A stretch of DNA of 64,000 nt, from positions 160,001 to 224,000 of the IMG/VR virus record IMGVR_UViG_3300038345_000251, one strand, 5' to 3'. Each line of letters begins with the position of its first letter. Position 1 is the stretch's first letter. The position numbers and the translations under genes were made by a program. Shown in pieces: positions 39,001-47,734 of the stretch. The notes under the pieces were generated by a model. That model was not told the DNA's origin. It saw nothing but the letters and a program-made list of their open reading frames with translations, and did not search any database. Source of the stretch: a virus (lineage: Duplodnaviria; Heunggongvirae; Uroviricota; Caudoviricetes).

Positions 39001-39131
39001 ATACACCAGTAGAAAATAAATATATTTACTTTAACCCAAGTAATAAGCATGTTAATGCTAATGATACATTTGCAGATACAACACTTTATACTAATTATAC
39101 TAATTATGATATTATAAAAGATTGGGAATAA
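36012..39131 (+). CDS. Baseplate wedge protein (T4 gp7 / P2 gpI-like)
   Basis: YLNSIKGTRFGVETILRLLGI is the KGT..G....L motif of gpI/gp7-type wedge proteins; FAYYGSA; ends with half a BACON domain. Confidence 0.65.
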   Translation: MAKYKVKSDYIALNKAKQKTAKGEIFERDIMTINPLEDLFTPGQDVIHSDSNFKFSVRTDQDKSKKHTKNSWLLNPDDEEVWTLSDVDSSPVSDETEVRIKPDYSSLRDFAYYGSAVEMIRATVNHVIKYFPAELYFTGEKFEEFEGEGDYYLVSNQFDIVVDVDYIDETKVDNPYRFLCLHAGNYDVYKDGKYQMSGTTKGNFSENKEYVCGNGILGTVTITGGTGGKVFSLTQYMYEGKKYLLYTDTSYNGYSIRPCDIIVNEYFGTIDEFEFILLNRKTKPLYKAVFETPFETDEGNKYTMESYIWPSINDWNPLIDGISYESYINALVNLAIFHDEYDSNIIWRMLTHEAIKNLDWTFLRKNEDTVEDLSQIDSSKIEAFIQLYGRQFDGLKRYIDTIKSVNNVSYDEKNNLPNYMLTDVVELGGFDAVLPIAIGKTDVMSEPLYSARTEGYSEVDANNYYMRVLKINEHYLNSIKGTRFGVETILRLLGIKQNEYQINEYVAVASGATKCEFSDELSLGDAFYPRATNSKYPSAKDVISINLNKSEATIEEYDTYFDGIAVKAFKSMSESAVTDYNPLGEYYYAIPWYENGKHYDGDWYFQSKGGWGKTDKKKIENKIYPRFEVYDRQTLESIGNVCYNTRDEALEHVTDESTQSVRECKVVIDGVPFIYDESESYLKFAESVQELKGFFKSEVYTDMICYVTDITDVEETADTSHYFVLMNDDNIGVIGDEGWKNIPISEIREGTTDLAKKVLYLENIVETTEGNNPHISNGFYDDGIDYLEHMNQIFKYQLEQGDEGLVRFSDTDKKKISDCYIFGISNKYEDLIRDNRKCDYYYNPLIVPSSAITLCSGTTSGSSVVNEQQKIKQGLISDVYSADTTDVKIYDNISGETDNSYYSGITYAINPEKSSGGENDEPAANSVINVKNVEIKFINKPKIKKKDGTFVNTDSLSDYWQTYITDVVMNYVKQMLPSTTIFKWWFTDKLGINDAPDTPVENKYIYFNPSNKHVNANDTFADTTLYTNYTNYDIIKDWE

Positions 39132-39132
39132 T

Positions 39133-42100
39133 ATGAAGAATTTTAGATTTAGATTTCCTGTTAATACAAGTGATAGTGCAATAACACGTTATGTAAGTGC
39201 TGTCACAACAGATAATATTGCTGTATTTACTATCATTCAGGCTGAAGCACCACAAAAAGATTTTAAGTGGAATAGTAGCAATAGTAGCGCAATAACAGAA
39301 AACATTGCTTATAATATTAGACGTATTGAAGAACATTATACAATTAATGGATATAGACTTTCTGAATTAACTATTACTTGTGATACGGCTGGTTGTACAG
39401 GTAGATTTGATTCATTAGGTGAGTTTCTTGCAACGGTACCAGTAAATAACAGTACAGAAGAAACAAAAACCATTAATTATGAAATAAAATATAGTGATAC
39501 AGTTATTGCAACATTAACAGTTGAACAAGGTAAAAGACCTGAAGCAAAATATTTTTGGATTGTTTCATCTGGAAATACAGCATATACTTCTGACTTACTT
39601 GAAGCAAATGTAACTTCTTGTACTGTTCCATATTTATCAAATTATAATGCAACTGATTTAAACAATTTAACAAGTGCTGCTTCTCAAACATGGATAACTT
39701 CTATTAGTATTAATGATGGAAATGTTACTGTAACAATTAATCCCAATAATACAACAGTAGATAGAAATGGTTATGTTAATATCAAAAGTGGTATTACAAC
39801 AATTGCTAAAATAACAGTTAAACAGAAAGGTATTGGTAAAAGTTTTATTTGGAATTCTAATAATAGTGATATACTTACTGTTACAGCAACTACACCAACC
39901 GTTAGTGAGGCATATACTACAAATTATACTAACTTAACAGTTATGTACACTAATAAAGTAAGTAGTGCACAACTTTCAGCAACACAAGGTAGTGGTACTG
40001 CAACTGCAATAATGAATGAAAATACTGAGAGTGGTGTTGTAGAATCTTATCTTACTGTATTAAGTAATGGTACACAATGTGGATTGTTAAGAATTATACA
40101 AAATGCAGGGGAAACCAAATATTTTTACTTTAATACCAATAGTGCAACAACAATTGATTTACCAGAATTCATTGCAAATGCATCGTATACTACAAGTTCA
40201 CCTTTTGAAGTGACAGTATATACAAATTATACAACAAGTGAACTTAGATGTGATATTGGTGGATTTGTTGATAGTGCTACTATTAGTAATATTAGTGGTA
40301 ATCAAGGAAAAGTACAAATAACTTTTGGTGTAAATACAGGTGTTGAAAGAAACGGTATTGTTAAAGTATATAAAAACGGAACAGATACAGTTTTAGGTAC
40401 AATAAATCTTAAACAGAAAGGTGTTACTGCTAAGTATTTTTATTGGATTGATGGAACAAATAGTGCTACAACAATTATGATTGAAGAAACAGCAGCGACA
40501 GCAACAGCACATGACGTAACATATATAACAAATTATCCTGAACTTTCATTGACTTCTGAATATTTCGGAAGTGTTGTAACAGGTTTTACGCCAACATCGT
40601 TAACTGAAACAGAAGTTGTACAAACATTACACATTGAATTTACTCCAAATGTTAGTATAACAATAAATCAAACAGATACAATTTATGTTAAGGATGGAAA
40701 CAATGTTGTCGGTATGATTAACTTGTTACAATATCCAAAAGGTTCTACAAATGATTGGTTTAAATGGGTTATTAACGGTGAAAACGTATATAATCTACCA
40801 GGTTATGTATCTAAAGATGGTTATGACATAGAATTTGAATATGAAACAAATGTTGAAGGATTATCATTCTATTGTGACCATCAGGATTGGTTTGATGAAG
40901 GTGAAACACCACATATAAAAGAAGATGGTGGGAAATATTATTGTAAGGCTAAACTTACACAAAATGCAGAGGAAGATGTACGTAATGTTGTTATTTTAGC
41001 ACAAAAAGGTTCTGAAACTGTTGGTAGATTGACAATGAAACAAGATGTGACTGTTGCTGAACCATATATTTGGATTGTTTCAACAGGAAATACAGGTGCA
41101 ACGTATGAATCACCATATACTGCTAACTCATCAGGCTTTACTATTTTAACAAATTATAATCAAAGTAAATTGAATAGTTTAAGTGTTGTTAAAATAGATG
41201 ATGTTAATTGGATAACTAATGTTAATCTCTCAAAGGGTACACCACCAGCAGGTGGATTAAGATTTAACATACTTAGAAATGATGATAAAGATAATGGAAG
41301 AACAGGCATTATTTCTGTTTTAAGTCCTGAAGATGTTGAATTGTTAAGGGTTACAATAAACCAAGAAGCAAATAACGATAAAGACTTTAAATGGACAGCA
41401 GGTTCAATTACTGCTAATACAGCAACAACAATGACTTCTGATTCAGGTGAAAGTAATGTAACTGTTACATATGAAACTGATTATGAAAATCTTAGTGTTA
41501 CTGTAGATGAAGCATATCCTTGGGTTAAAAATGCTACTGTAGATACTGCAAATAATGCTGTTACATATCATTTGGATGTTTATAGTGACCCATCATATAA
41601 CCCATTACGAGGTGTTGATGCAATTAAGTTATATAGTGGTACTAAACTTATTGGTAGAATAACAGTTGTACAAGAACCTGCACCTGAACCAGATAAATAC
41701 TTTAGATTTAAATATAACGGTGAAGAAACAGAGGCATCAACACTTGAAATTAGTAATGTTCCTGCAACACTTACTGACCAAACAAGACAGTTTACCGTAA
41801 GTGCTTTAACTAACTATGCAGCATCTATCTTTAATCTTGAAGTTGATAGTAGTTTAGGTAGTGGTTGGTTAACAAATGTAAATAAAGGTAATGTAGATAC
41901 AACAGGATTTACAATTACTTTTGATGTTGGAAATAATACAGGTGATGAAAGAACTGGTTATATTTATCTTAAGAAAAATGGTTCTGTATATCGTACTATT
42001 AAAGTCATACAAAGAGAAATGACATATGAGTTCAGTTGGGTACAAGGTTCTATTGAAACAAGTAAGTCTATTGGCCCAGTTGGTACAGGTGCAACAAGTG

Positions 42101-45100
42101 AAACAGTACCTTTTTACAGCACATATCCAAATATAACAATTGATAATCCAAGTCAGAATGGTATTAGTTGTTATATGAATGGCACAAGTGCTGTACGTTA
42201 TTCAACAACACAACGTGGAGCAACTGAATATGATATTAGGTCAGCAACTTTTAATTTAATGAGTAATGGAAGAACAATTGGTACGTTAACCGTTAGACAA
42301 GAAGGACAAGTTGCACCTCTTAAATTTCAATGGGATAATGGTACTAATTATAAAGAAATTACTATAGATTATAACAGAGAAACATTAAATGAGGCTTATA
42401 CACGTGAACCAAATGATAATACTTATTTACTTGGACTTTTTGCTGATACAAACAATCCACAAGGTATGGCAGGAACGATGCATTTATGGTCAACAGATGT
42501 TAGTATATCAATTAATGAATTTTCTGCTGAAGCAAGTCAAAATAGAAGAGCAGTATTTTATGTAAAAGCAAGTGATAGTGGTGAACCAACAATGGACTCA
42601 CCAACGTATGGTACACTTGTTGTTAATCAAACACCAAAGCCATATTTCTATTGGGGTACAGGTACTGAAACAGCAACAACAATGACAATACCAGTAACAG
42701 GTGCATTAGGAACAGGACAAAGTGTTACTTTTAGAACAAATTATACATCTTTAACGGCTGATGATGTACAAAATAATATTTTCTTAGGAAGAAGTTTAAA
42801 TCTTGGTACTAAAAAGTTTTCTGTTATAGCGAATCCGAATGAAACTATTGCAGAAAAAAGTCAAACTTTTAAGATATATAATAATGGTAATGAAGTTGGT
42901 AGAATTGCAGTTACTCAAACAGGTGCTGACCCTGTATTTAAATGGACAAGTGGTGGTGGTGTAACAGGTGGAACAGCAACAACTATTAGTAATCTTGCTG
43001 TTGGTGGTGCATCAGTTAATGCTGCATACATGAACAATTATCTTAATGTACAACTTGTTACAGCAGGAACACCATCTTGGATAACCAATGCTAAAGTAAA
43101 TTCAACAACAGGTAATAGTGAGTTTAGTTGTACTATTGGAAGCAGTGATGAAATAACAGCAAGAACATATACATTTACAATTTGTGGACAAACGAACAAT
43201 TATTCAACTTCAAGACAAGTAATTGGTAATATTACTGTTTCACAAACAGCAGCAGCACCTCGTTTCAAATGGGTTAATTCACAACAAGTTAATGATTCTG
43301 GTTCAACAACCGATACAGGTATTTCTTGGAGTACTGAATATTATTACGATACAAACTATAGTGGAATAACTTGTTCAGTTAGTTCAGACCCTAATACTTT
43401 AGTTAGTAGTGCTTCAGTAAGTAGAAGTGATGGTAGTGGTTATTTGCATATTTTAACAAAAACAAATGATACACAAAATTCTAAAGTTTGTATTATAGAT
43501 ATTAAATCAAATGGTTCAACGCTTGGACAATTCTCATTTGAACAAGCAGCACCTTCTCCTTATTTCCATTGGGGTACAGGGACACAAACAAATAGTGGTG
43601 CTACTATTGCTGCAACAGCCACCACTATATCTACACTTGGTATTAGATATGAGACAAATTATACAGATTTAAGTTTAGTTTTAACAGGTGGTACTGATTT
43701 TATAACCAATTATAGTTTTGGAACTATTAGTTATTTTAATATTACTGCAACAACAAATACTGGTTCAGAAACACCACGTGAAGGAAGATATGATGTATAT
43801 GGTAAATGGAATGGAACTAATACAAAAATAGGTACTTTTACACTTACACAAAGTGCAGATAAAGTTTTTAAATGGAATGCTAATAATAGTGACACATATT
43901 CAATAGAACTTGATTGGGATGATACAAATATTAGTGAAGCATATACAAATACATACTCATTAAGAAGTACAGTATATTCTTCAGCAACAGCAACTTGGAT
44001 TTCTGGTAAAAATTTATCATCACTAACAGGTAATGGTACTTTTAGTGCAACAATAACAGAAAACACTACAGGTGCTGACAGAACTGTTGAATTATATATA
44101 AGAACTGCTACAACAGCATTTTCAACTGTTGGTACACTTAGAGTTACACAAAAGAAACAAACAGTTTCAGATTCATTTTCATGGAATTCATCAACTGTTG
44201 TTACAGCAACAACAGGTACAAATATTACTACAGCAGGTACACAACAAACACAGAATTATTATGTTACAGGTTATTCACCATCAAATTTAACAGTTAGTGA
44301 TAGTGAAAGTTGGTTATGGTGTAGTATTGATAGTACTAAAGTTAGTTATAGTGCACAAACACAAAGTGAAGGAGCTGCAAGTAGAACAGGTACAATTACA
44401 GTTAAAAATGGTTCAACAACCATAGGTGTATTGACAGTTACACAGGATGCTAGGTCACAATCATGGGCATTATCAGTATCTCCAACAACATCAACTGTAG
44501 ATACTACAGGTGGAACTGTTTCAATATCAGTAACATCTAATCAGTCATGGACAGGTAATAGTAATCAATCATGGGCAACAATATCTCCAACAACAGGTTC
44601 TAATAATGGTTCAGTAACAGTTACAGTTACAGCAAATACAGGAAGTGAAAGAACAGCAAAAATTACATTTACAGGTGCTCATGGACAAACAGCAAGTGTA
44701 ACAATAACACAAAATGAATATGTAGAACCTAAATACTTTAGATGGCGTAGTAATAACACTACAGCAATGACTGCAAGTACTGTTGAATTTTTAGGTGGTG
44801 ATATTAGTGAATCTTTTGAAACTAATTATTCACTTAGTGCAACAACAGCGGCTACTTGGGTAACCAGTAGAAATTTAACTACAACATCGTTCAGTGCTGT
44901 GATAGATGAAAATAATAGTACTACAGGTACAGGTAGGACAACAACAGTATCAATTAGAACTGGAAGTACATCAACAAGTGAAGTTGGTAGGTTAACCATT
45001 AATCAGGAAAAAAGACCATCAGCATATGTTGTAATTGTTTCTTCACAAAATTATTTTAATATTACATGTTCTGAAGGTGATGCTGCCTTGGTTATGCTTA

Positions 45101-45387
45101 AAAAAGTAGATTTTGTATGTGATAGTACTACAGCTGAAACAATTAATTTAAATGAAGAAATTTCTATAGGTGAGACAACACAACCAATATATCTTAAGAA
45201 TCCGAATGATACATTGTTTACTTTTAGTACAAATCCAAATAATAAAACAATAAAAGCAATTCTTACTTATACAGTTGATAATGTACAAAGAACATTAGAA
45301 CTATCAACAACAATAACAACATCTACAACTAATAGAACATTTGAATATCATCCTGATAATTTTGAATTTAAAGCTTATCTTAATTAA
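39133..45387 (+). CDS. 2084-aa fibre/adhesin with about 19 tandem BACON-like Ig domains
   Basis: About 100-aa periodicity: F.W ... Y.TNY ... W ... N....R...I ... G.L.V.Q; one canonical BACON (LSVSPT...VTSNQSW...SWATISPTTG). Confidence 0.85.
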   Translation: MKNFRFRFPVNTSDSAITRYVSAVTTDNIAVFTIIQAEAPQKDFKWNSSNSSAITENIAYNIRRIEEHYTINGYRLSELTITCDTAGCTGRFDSLGEFLATVPVNNSTEETKTINYEIKYSDTVIATLTVEQGKRPEAKYFWIVSSGNTAYTSDLLEANVTSCTVPYLSNYNATDLNNLTSAASQTWITSISINDGNVTVTINPNNTTVDRNGYVNIKSGITTIAKITVKQKGIGKSFIWNSNNSDILTVTATTPTVSEAYTTNYTNLTVMYTNKVSSAQLSATQGSGTATAIMNENTESGVVESYLTVLSNGTQCGLLRIIQNAGETKYFYFNTNSATTIDLPEFIANASYTTSSPFEVTVYTNYTTSELRCDIGGFVDSATISNISGNQGKVQITFGVNTGVERNGIVKVYKNGTDTVLGTINLKQKGVTAKYFYWIDGTNSATTIMIEETAATATAHDVTYITNYPELSLTSEYFGSVVTGFTPTSLTETEVVQTLHIEFTPNVSITINQTDTIYVKDGNNVVGMINLLQYPKGSTNDWFKWVINGENVYNLPGYVSKDGYDIEFEYETNVEGLSFYCDHQDWFDEGETPHIKEDGGKYYCKAKLTQNAEEDVRNVVILAQKGSETVGRLTMKQDVTVAEPYIWIVSTGNTGATYESPYTANSSGFTILTNYNQSKLNSLSVVKIDDVNWITNVNLSKGTPPAGGLRFNILRNDDKDNGRTGIISVLSPEDVELLRVTINQEANNDKDFKWTAGSITANTATTMTSDSGESNVTVTYETDYENLSVTVDEAYPWVKNATVDTANNAVTYHLDVYSDPSYNPLRGVDAIKLYSGTKLIGRITVVQEPAPEPDKYFRFKYNGEETEASTLEISNVPATLTDQTRQFTVSALTNYAASIFNLEVDSSLGSGWLTNVNKGNVDTTGFTITFDVGNNTGDERTGYIYLKKNGSVYRTIKVIQREMTYEFSWVQGSIETSKSIGPVGTGATSETVPFYSTYPNITIDNPSQNGISCYMNGTSAVRYSTTQRGATEYDIRSATFNLMSNGRTIGTLTVRQEGQVAPLKFQWDNGTNYKEITIDYNRETLNEAYTREPNDNTYLLGLFADTNNPQGMAGTMHLWSTDVSISINEFSAEASQNRRAVFYVKASDSGEPTMDSPTYGTLVVNQTPKPYFYWGTGTETATTMTIPVTGALGTGQSVTFRTNYTSLTADDVQNNIFLGRSLNLGTKKFSVIANPNETIAEKSQTFKIYNNGNEVGRIAVTQTGADPVFKWTSGGGVTGGTATTISNLAVGGASVNAAYMNNYLNVQLVTAGTPSWITNAKVNSTTGNSEFSCTIGSSDEITARTYTFTICGQTNNYSTSRQVIGNITVSQTAAAPRFKWVNSQQVNDSGSTTDTGISWSTEYYYDTNYSGITCSVSSDPNTLVSSASVSRSDGSGYLHILTKTNDTQNSKVCIIDIKSNGSTLGQFSFEQAAPSPYFHWGTGTQTNSGATIAATATTISTLGIRYETNYTDLSLVLTGGTDFITNYSFGTISYFNITATTNTGSETPREGRYDVYGKWNGTNTKIGTFTLTQSADKVFKWNANNSDTYSIELDWDDTNISEAYTNTYSLRSTVYSSATATWISGKNLSSLTGNGTFSATITENTTGADRTVELYIRTATTAFSTVGTLRVTQKKQTVSDSFSWNSSTVVTATTGTNITTAGTQQTQNYYVTGYSPSNLTVSDSESWLWCSIDSTKVSYSAQTQSEGAASRTGTITVKNGSTTIGVLTVTQDARSQSWALSVSPTTSTVDTTGGTVSISVTSNQSWTGNSNQSWATISPTTGSNNGSVTVTVTANTGSERTAKITFTGAHGQTASVTITQNEYVEPKYFRWRSNNTTAMTASTVEFLGGDISESFETNYSLSATTAATWVTSRNLTTTSFSAVIDENNSTTGTGRTTTVSIRTGSTSTSEVGRLTINQEKRPSAYVVIVSSQNYFNITCSEGDAALVMLKKVDFVCDSTTAETINLNEEISIGETTQPIYLKNPNDTLFTFSTNPNNKTIKAILTYTVDNVQRTLELSTTITTSTTNRTFEYHPDNFEFKAYLN

Positions 45388-45388
45388 T

Positions 45389-45418
45389 AAAAAGGTGAGT
45401 AGTTTTACTCACCTTTTT
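45389..45418. terminator. Bidirectional terminator between convergent genes
   Basis: aaaaaggtgagta-gttt-tactcaccttttt, with A and T tracts on either side. Confidence 0.88.
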
Positions 45419-45884
45419 GTTTCTTACATTTCTTAAGTGCTTTTTCAGCCTTTTGTCTTTCTTTTTCTTCTCGTTTCTTATCTTCAATTTGTTGAATTGT
45501 CAATTGTCCAAGAAGTGCTGTATCAATTGCAACTTTTTCATATTTCTGATAAAATCCTACAGGTACGGAAATCATTGGGCATCCGATAAGGATTTTATCT
45601 TTTTCTGAATCGAATGATACCTGGTCAAGTGCCATACTAAGCCACATATATTTAGTCTTATCATCAACTAAATCAAATGCTTCTGCATAGATAAAAACAA
45701 GAATCAAATCATCACGATTACTAAGATACTCAGCGATTGCTGATGCTTTTGAAATTGTTACAACTTCTTTTGCTTTTGCAACATAGAGTGCTTCAAACTC
45801 CATAAACTGGTCAAGACCACGTTCTGATGCAATGTCACGTACCATATTTTGTACATCATCTTCACATCTACTATATTTTGCCAT
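45405..45884 (-). CDS. Putative phage metallopeptidase-family protein, apparently lacking HExxH
   Basis: DLILVFIYAEAFDLVDDKTKYMWLSMALDQV resembles the family helix where HEL.H normally sits. Confidence 0.4.
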   Translation of the reverse strand: MAKYSRCEDDVQNMVRDIASERGLDQFMEFEALYVAKAKEVVTISKASAIAEYLSNRDDLILVFIYAEAFDLVDDKTKYMWLSMALDQVSFDSEKDKILIGCPMISVPVGFYQKYEKVAIDTALLGQLTIQQIEDKKREEKERQKAEKALKKCKKQKGE

Positions 45885-45898
45885 ATTATATAAATTAT

Positions 45899-46174
45899 TT
45901 AAAACGTTATTGTTCCTTCAATATCACCCCAAGTACTTTGTTCTATATATCCACCATATTGTGAATACATATGCTTTTTTATTGCTTCTTCTGCTTGTTC
46001 TGGTGTATCATAATATCCAATACAAGTATCAGTTGGGTAAGCACCGTGTGGATTAATCCAAGCAATGTACACAGTTTTCCAAGGGTCATGTTTTGTTGCA
46101 GTATATGCAACTGATTCTTCAGGTTGCCATTCTAATGGTGATTTACCTGGTATTTCTTTAATTACTTTTTTCAT
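45899..46174 (-). CDS. Hypothetical protein
   Basis: 91-aa ORF overlapping the upstream minus-strand gene. Confidence 0.65.
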   Translation of the reverse strand: MKKVIKEIPGKSPLEWQPEESVAYTATKHDPWKTVYIAWINPHGAYPTDTCIGYYDTPEQAEEAIKKHMYSQYGGYIEQSTWGDIEGTITF

Positions 46175-46520
46175 AATATGTTATGTATTTAAATCCACGA
46201 AATCCGTTACAAGGAATTGGTTGTTTTAGATAATGGAATGGTCCACTTCTTTGTATAAAACCACCTTTCCAATCTTTTCCTGTTGTTGTGCAAGTAAATT
46301 CTCCTTTATATATACCAACAAATGTTTGCCATCCAATAATTTGTCCATTATAACAAAGATATACTCTATTTCCTTTACTTAATTTTGTTGGAACATTTGC
46401 TACTTTGAAATTCATTACTTGTGACCAATCAGCAACAGCATCAAGTTCTTTTTTATACTCTTCCCAATCAGTTGTTTTTGGGATAGTTATAACGATACCT
46501 GTCTTTGCTATTTTTCCCAT
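46158..46520 (-). CDS. Hypothetical protein, possibly PUA/ASCH/EVE-like fold
   Basis: KGNRVYLCYNGQIIGW ... PIPCNGFRGFKYI resembles ASCH/EVE C-terminal patterns. Confidence 0.45.
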   Translation of the reverse strand: MGKIAKTGIVITIPKTTDWEEYKKELDAVADWSQVMNFKVANVPTKLSKGNRVYLCYNGQIIGWQTFVGIYKGEFTCTTTGKDWKGGFIQRSGPFHYLKQPIPCNGFRGFKYITYYEKSN

Positions 46521-46544
46521 ATTTTTAATGTATTTTATTTTAAA

Positions 46545-46570
46545 AACTATTTATTACAAAAGTATAAATA
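46545..46570. promoter_or_regulatory. Oppositely oriented late-type motifs between divergent genes
   Basis: AACTATTTAT on + at 46545-46554; TATTTATA on - at 46563-46570. Confidence 0.5.
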
Positions 46571-46589
46571 ATTTTTTAAAAAATCAAGT

Positions 46590-47690
46590 ATGGTCAGTAA
46601 ATTTAAATTACCAACACCTGAAGAAATTGCTGCTGAAGAAAAAGAAGCAGCAGAACTTGGTATAAGTATATTTCAACTTAGGCATAGAAAAAAGATGCAT
46701 GAAACAATTGTTGAAAGACGTAAGAAAGCACAAGATAAAAGAAAAAAAGCAACTGCTAAAAAGAAACAGTTAGAAAAAGAACGTGCAGCACGTAAGAGAG
46801 AAAAGGAAAAGTTGAAAAAACAAAAAGAAAAAGAACTTGAAAAGGAAAAGAAGAAAATAAAAGAACAAAAGAAAAAAGAAAAGATTCTTTCTCAGCCAAA
46901 GAAACGTAGAGTTGGTAGACCGAGTAAGAGGGGACCAAAGATTAATTATTATAAAAGGAAAAAGAAAAGACTTGAATTAGAAAAGAAAAAGAATGAGCCA
47001 AAGAAGAAAGTTTCTTGGAATTATAAAATTGTCGCTTGTAAAAATGGTAAACAAATAAAGTATATTGATAGGTTTATAACCTTAGATGATGCATATATAA
47101 AGATTAATGAATTGTTAGCACAACCAGTTATTTTTCCTAAAAAAATAGAGCATAGGAAAAAGTTTACAACCGCTAACTTTGAATATTTAATTTTAGAGCA
47201 TAAAACAGGCGAAACTTCGTATTTAAGGAACGAATATGGTAAACTTGTTGAACAGGTGACAAACAGCGAAAAATGGAGTGTTTTAGACAAGTTTCCATAT
47301 GAAGTAGAAGAAACATTTTGGGTTTGGGGATTTAATAATAATACAGATAGGAAAACATTTCAATGGATATATGATAATATATTAGTTGGAACTATTAAAA
47401 ATGCTTATGATATTCGTAGAATTGTATTGTTTAAGAATAAAATTATTTTTATGCATGATGATGATTTTATTGATATAATTTTTACTAAATCAGAAGGTGA
47501 AGCGATTAGATTTTATAATAAATTAGAAGAATTTATTGAAAGAGATAAAGTAAAACAAGTGTTTTTTATTGGTTCGTTTAATGCATTAGGTGATAAAAGA
47601 CGTAATTTAGAAGAATTGATAATGAAGACAACAGGATGGGGAAAAAATAAAGTTCAATTATCTTCCACTTTTAAGCATTTAGGAAATTAA
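46590..47690 (+). CDS. Highly basic coiled-coil protein with AT-hook-like motif
   Basis: K/E/R-rich N-terminal coil, RRVGRPSKRGP, globular C-terminal domain. Confidence 0.7.
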   Translation: MVSKFKLPTPEEIAAEEKEAAELGISIFQLRHRKKMHETIVERRKKAQDKRKKATAKKKQLEKERAARKREKEKLKKQKEKELEKEKKKIKEQKKKEKILSQPKKRRVGRPSKRGPKINYYKRKKKRLELEKKKNEPKKKVSWNYKIVACKNGKQIKYIDRFITLDDAYIKINELLAQPVIFPKKIEHRKKFTTANFEYLILEHKTGETSYLRNEYGKLVEQVTNSEKWSVLDKFPYEVEETFWVWGFNNNTDRKTFQWIYDNILVGTIKNAYDIRRIVLFKNKIIFMHDDDFIDIIFTKSEGEAIRFYNKLEEFIERDKVKQVFFIGSFNALGDKRRNLEELIMKTTGWGKNKVQLSSTFKHLGN

Positions 47691-47700
47691 AACTATTTAT
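47691..47700 (+). promoter_or_regulatory. Putative late promoter motif
   Basis: AACTATTTAT directly after the stop of 46590..47690 and 34 nt before the next ATG. Confidence 0.55.
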
Positions 47701-47734
47701 TATAAAAAAATAATCTATAAATATCATATATAAA

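Noticed and set aside
47716-47723. Sense-strand T4-type TATAAATA promoter before the 905-aa gene
   Set aside because: Nearly isolated in this orientation in very AT-rich DNA; the window-wide pattern is TATTTAT on the sense strand, already present at 47691-47700.
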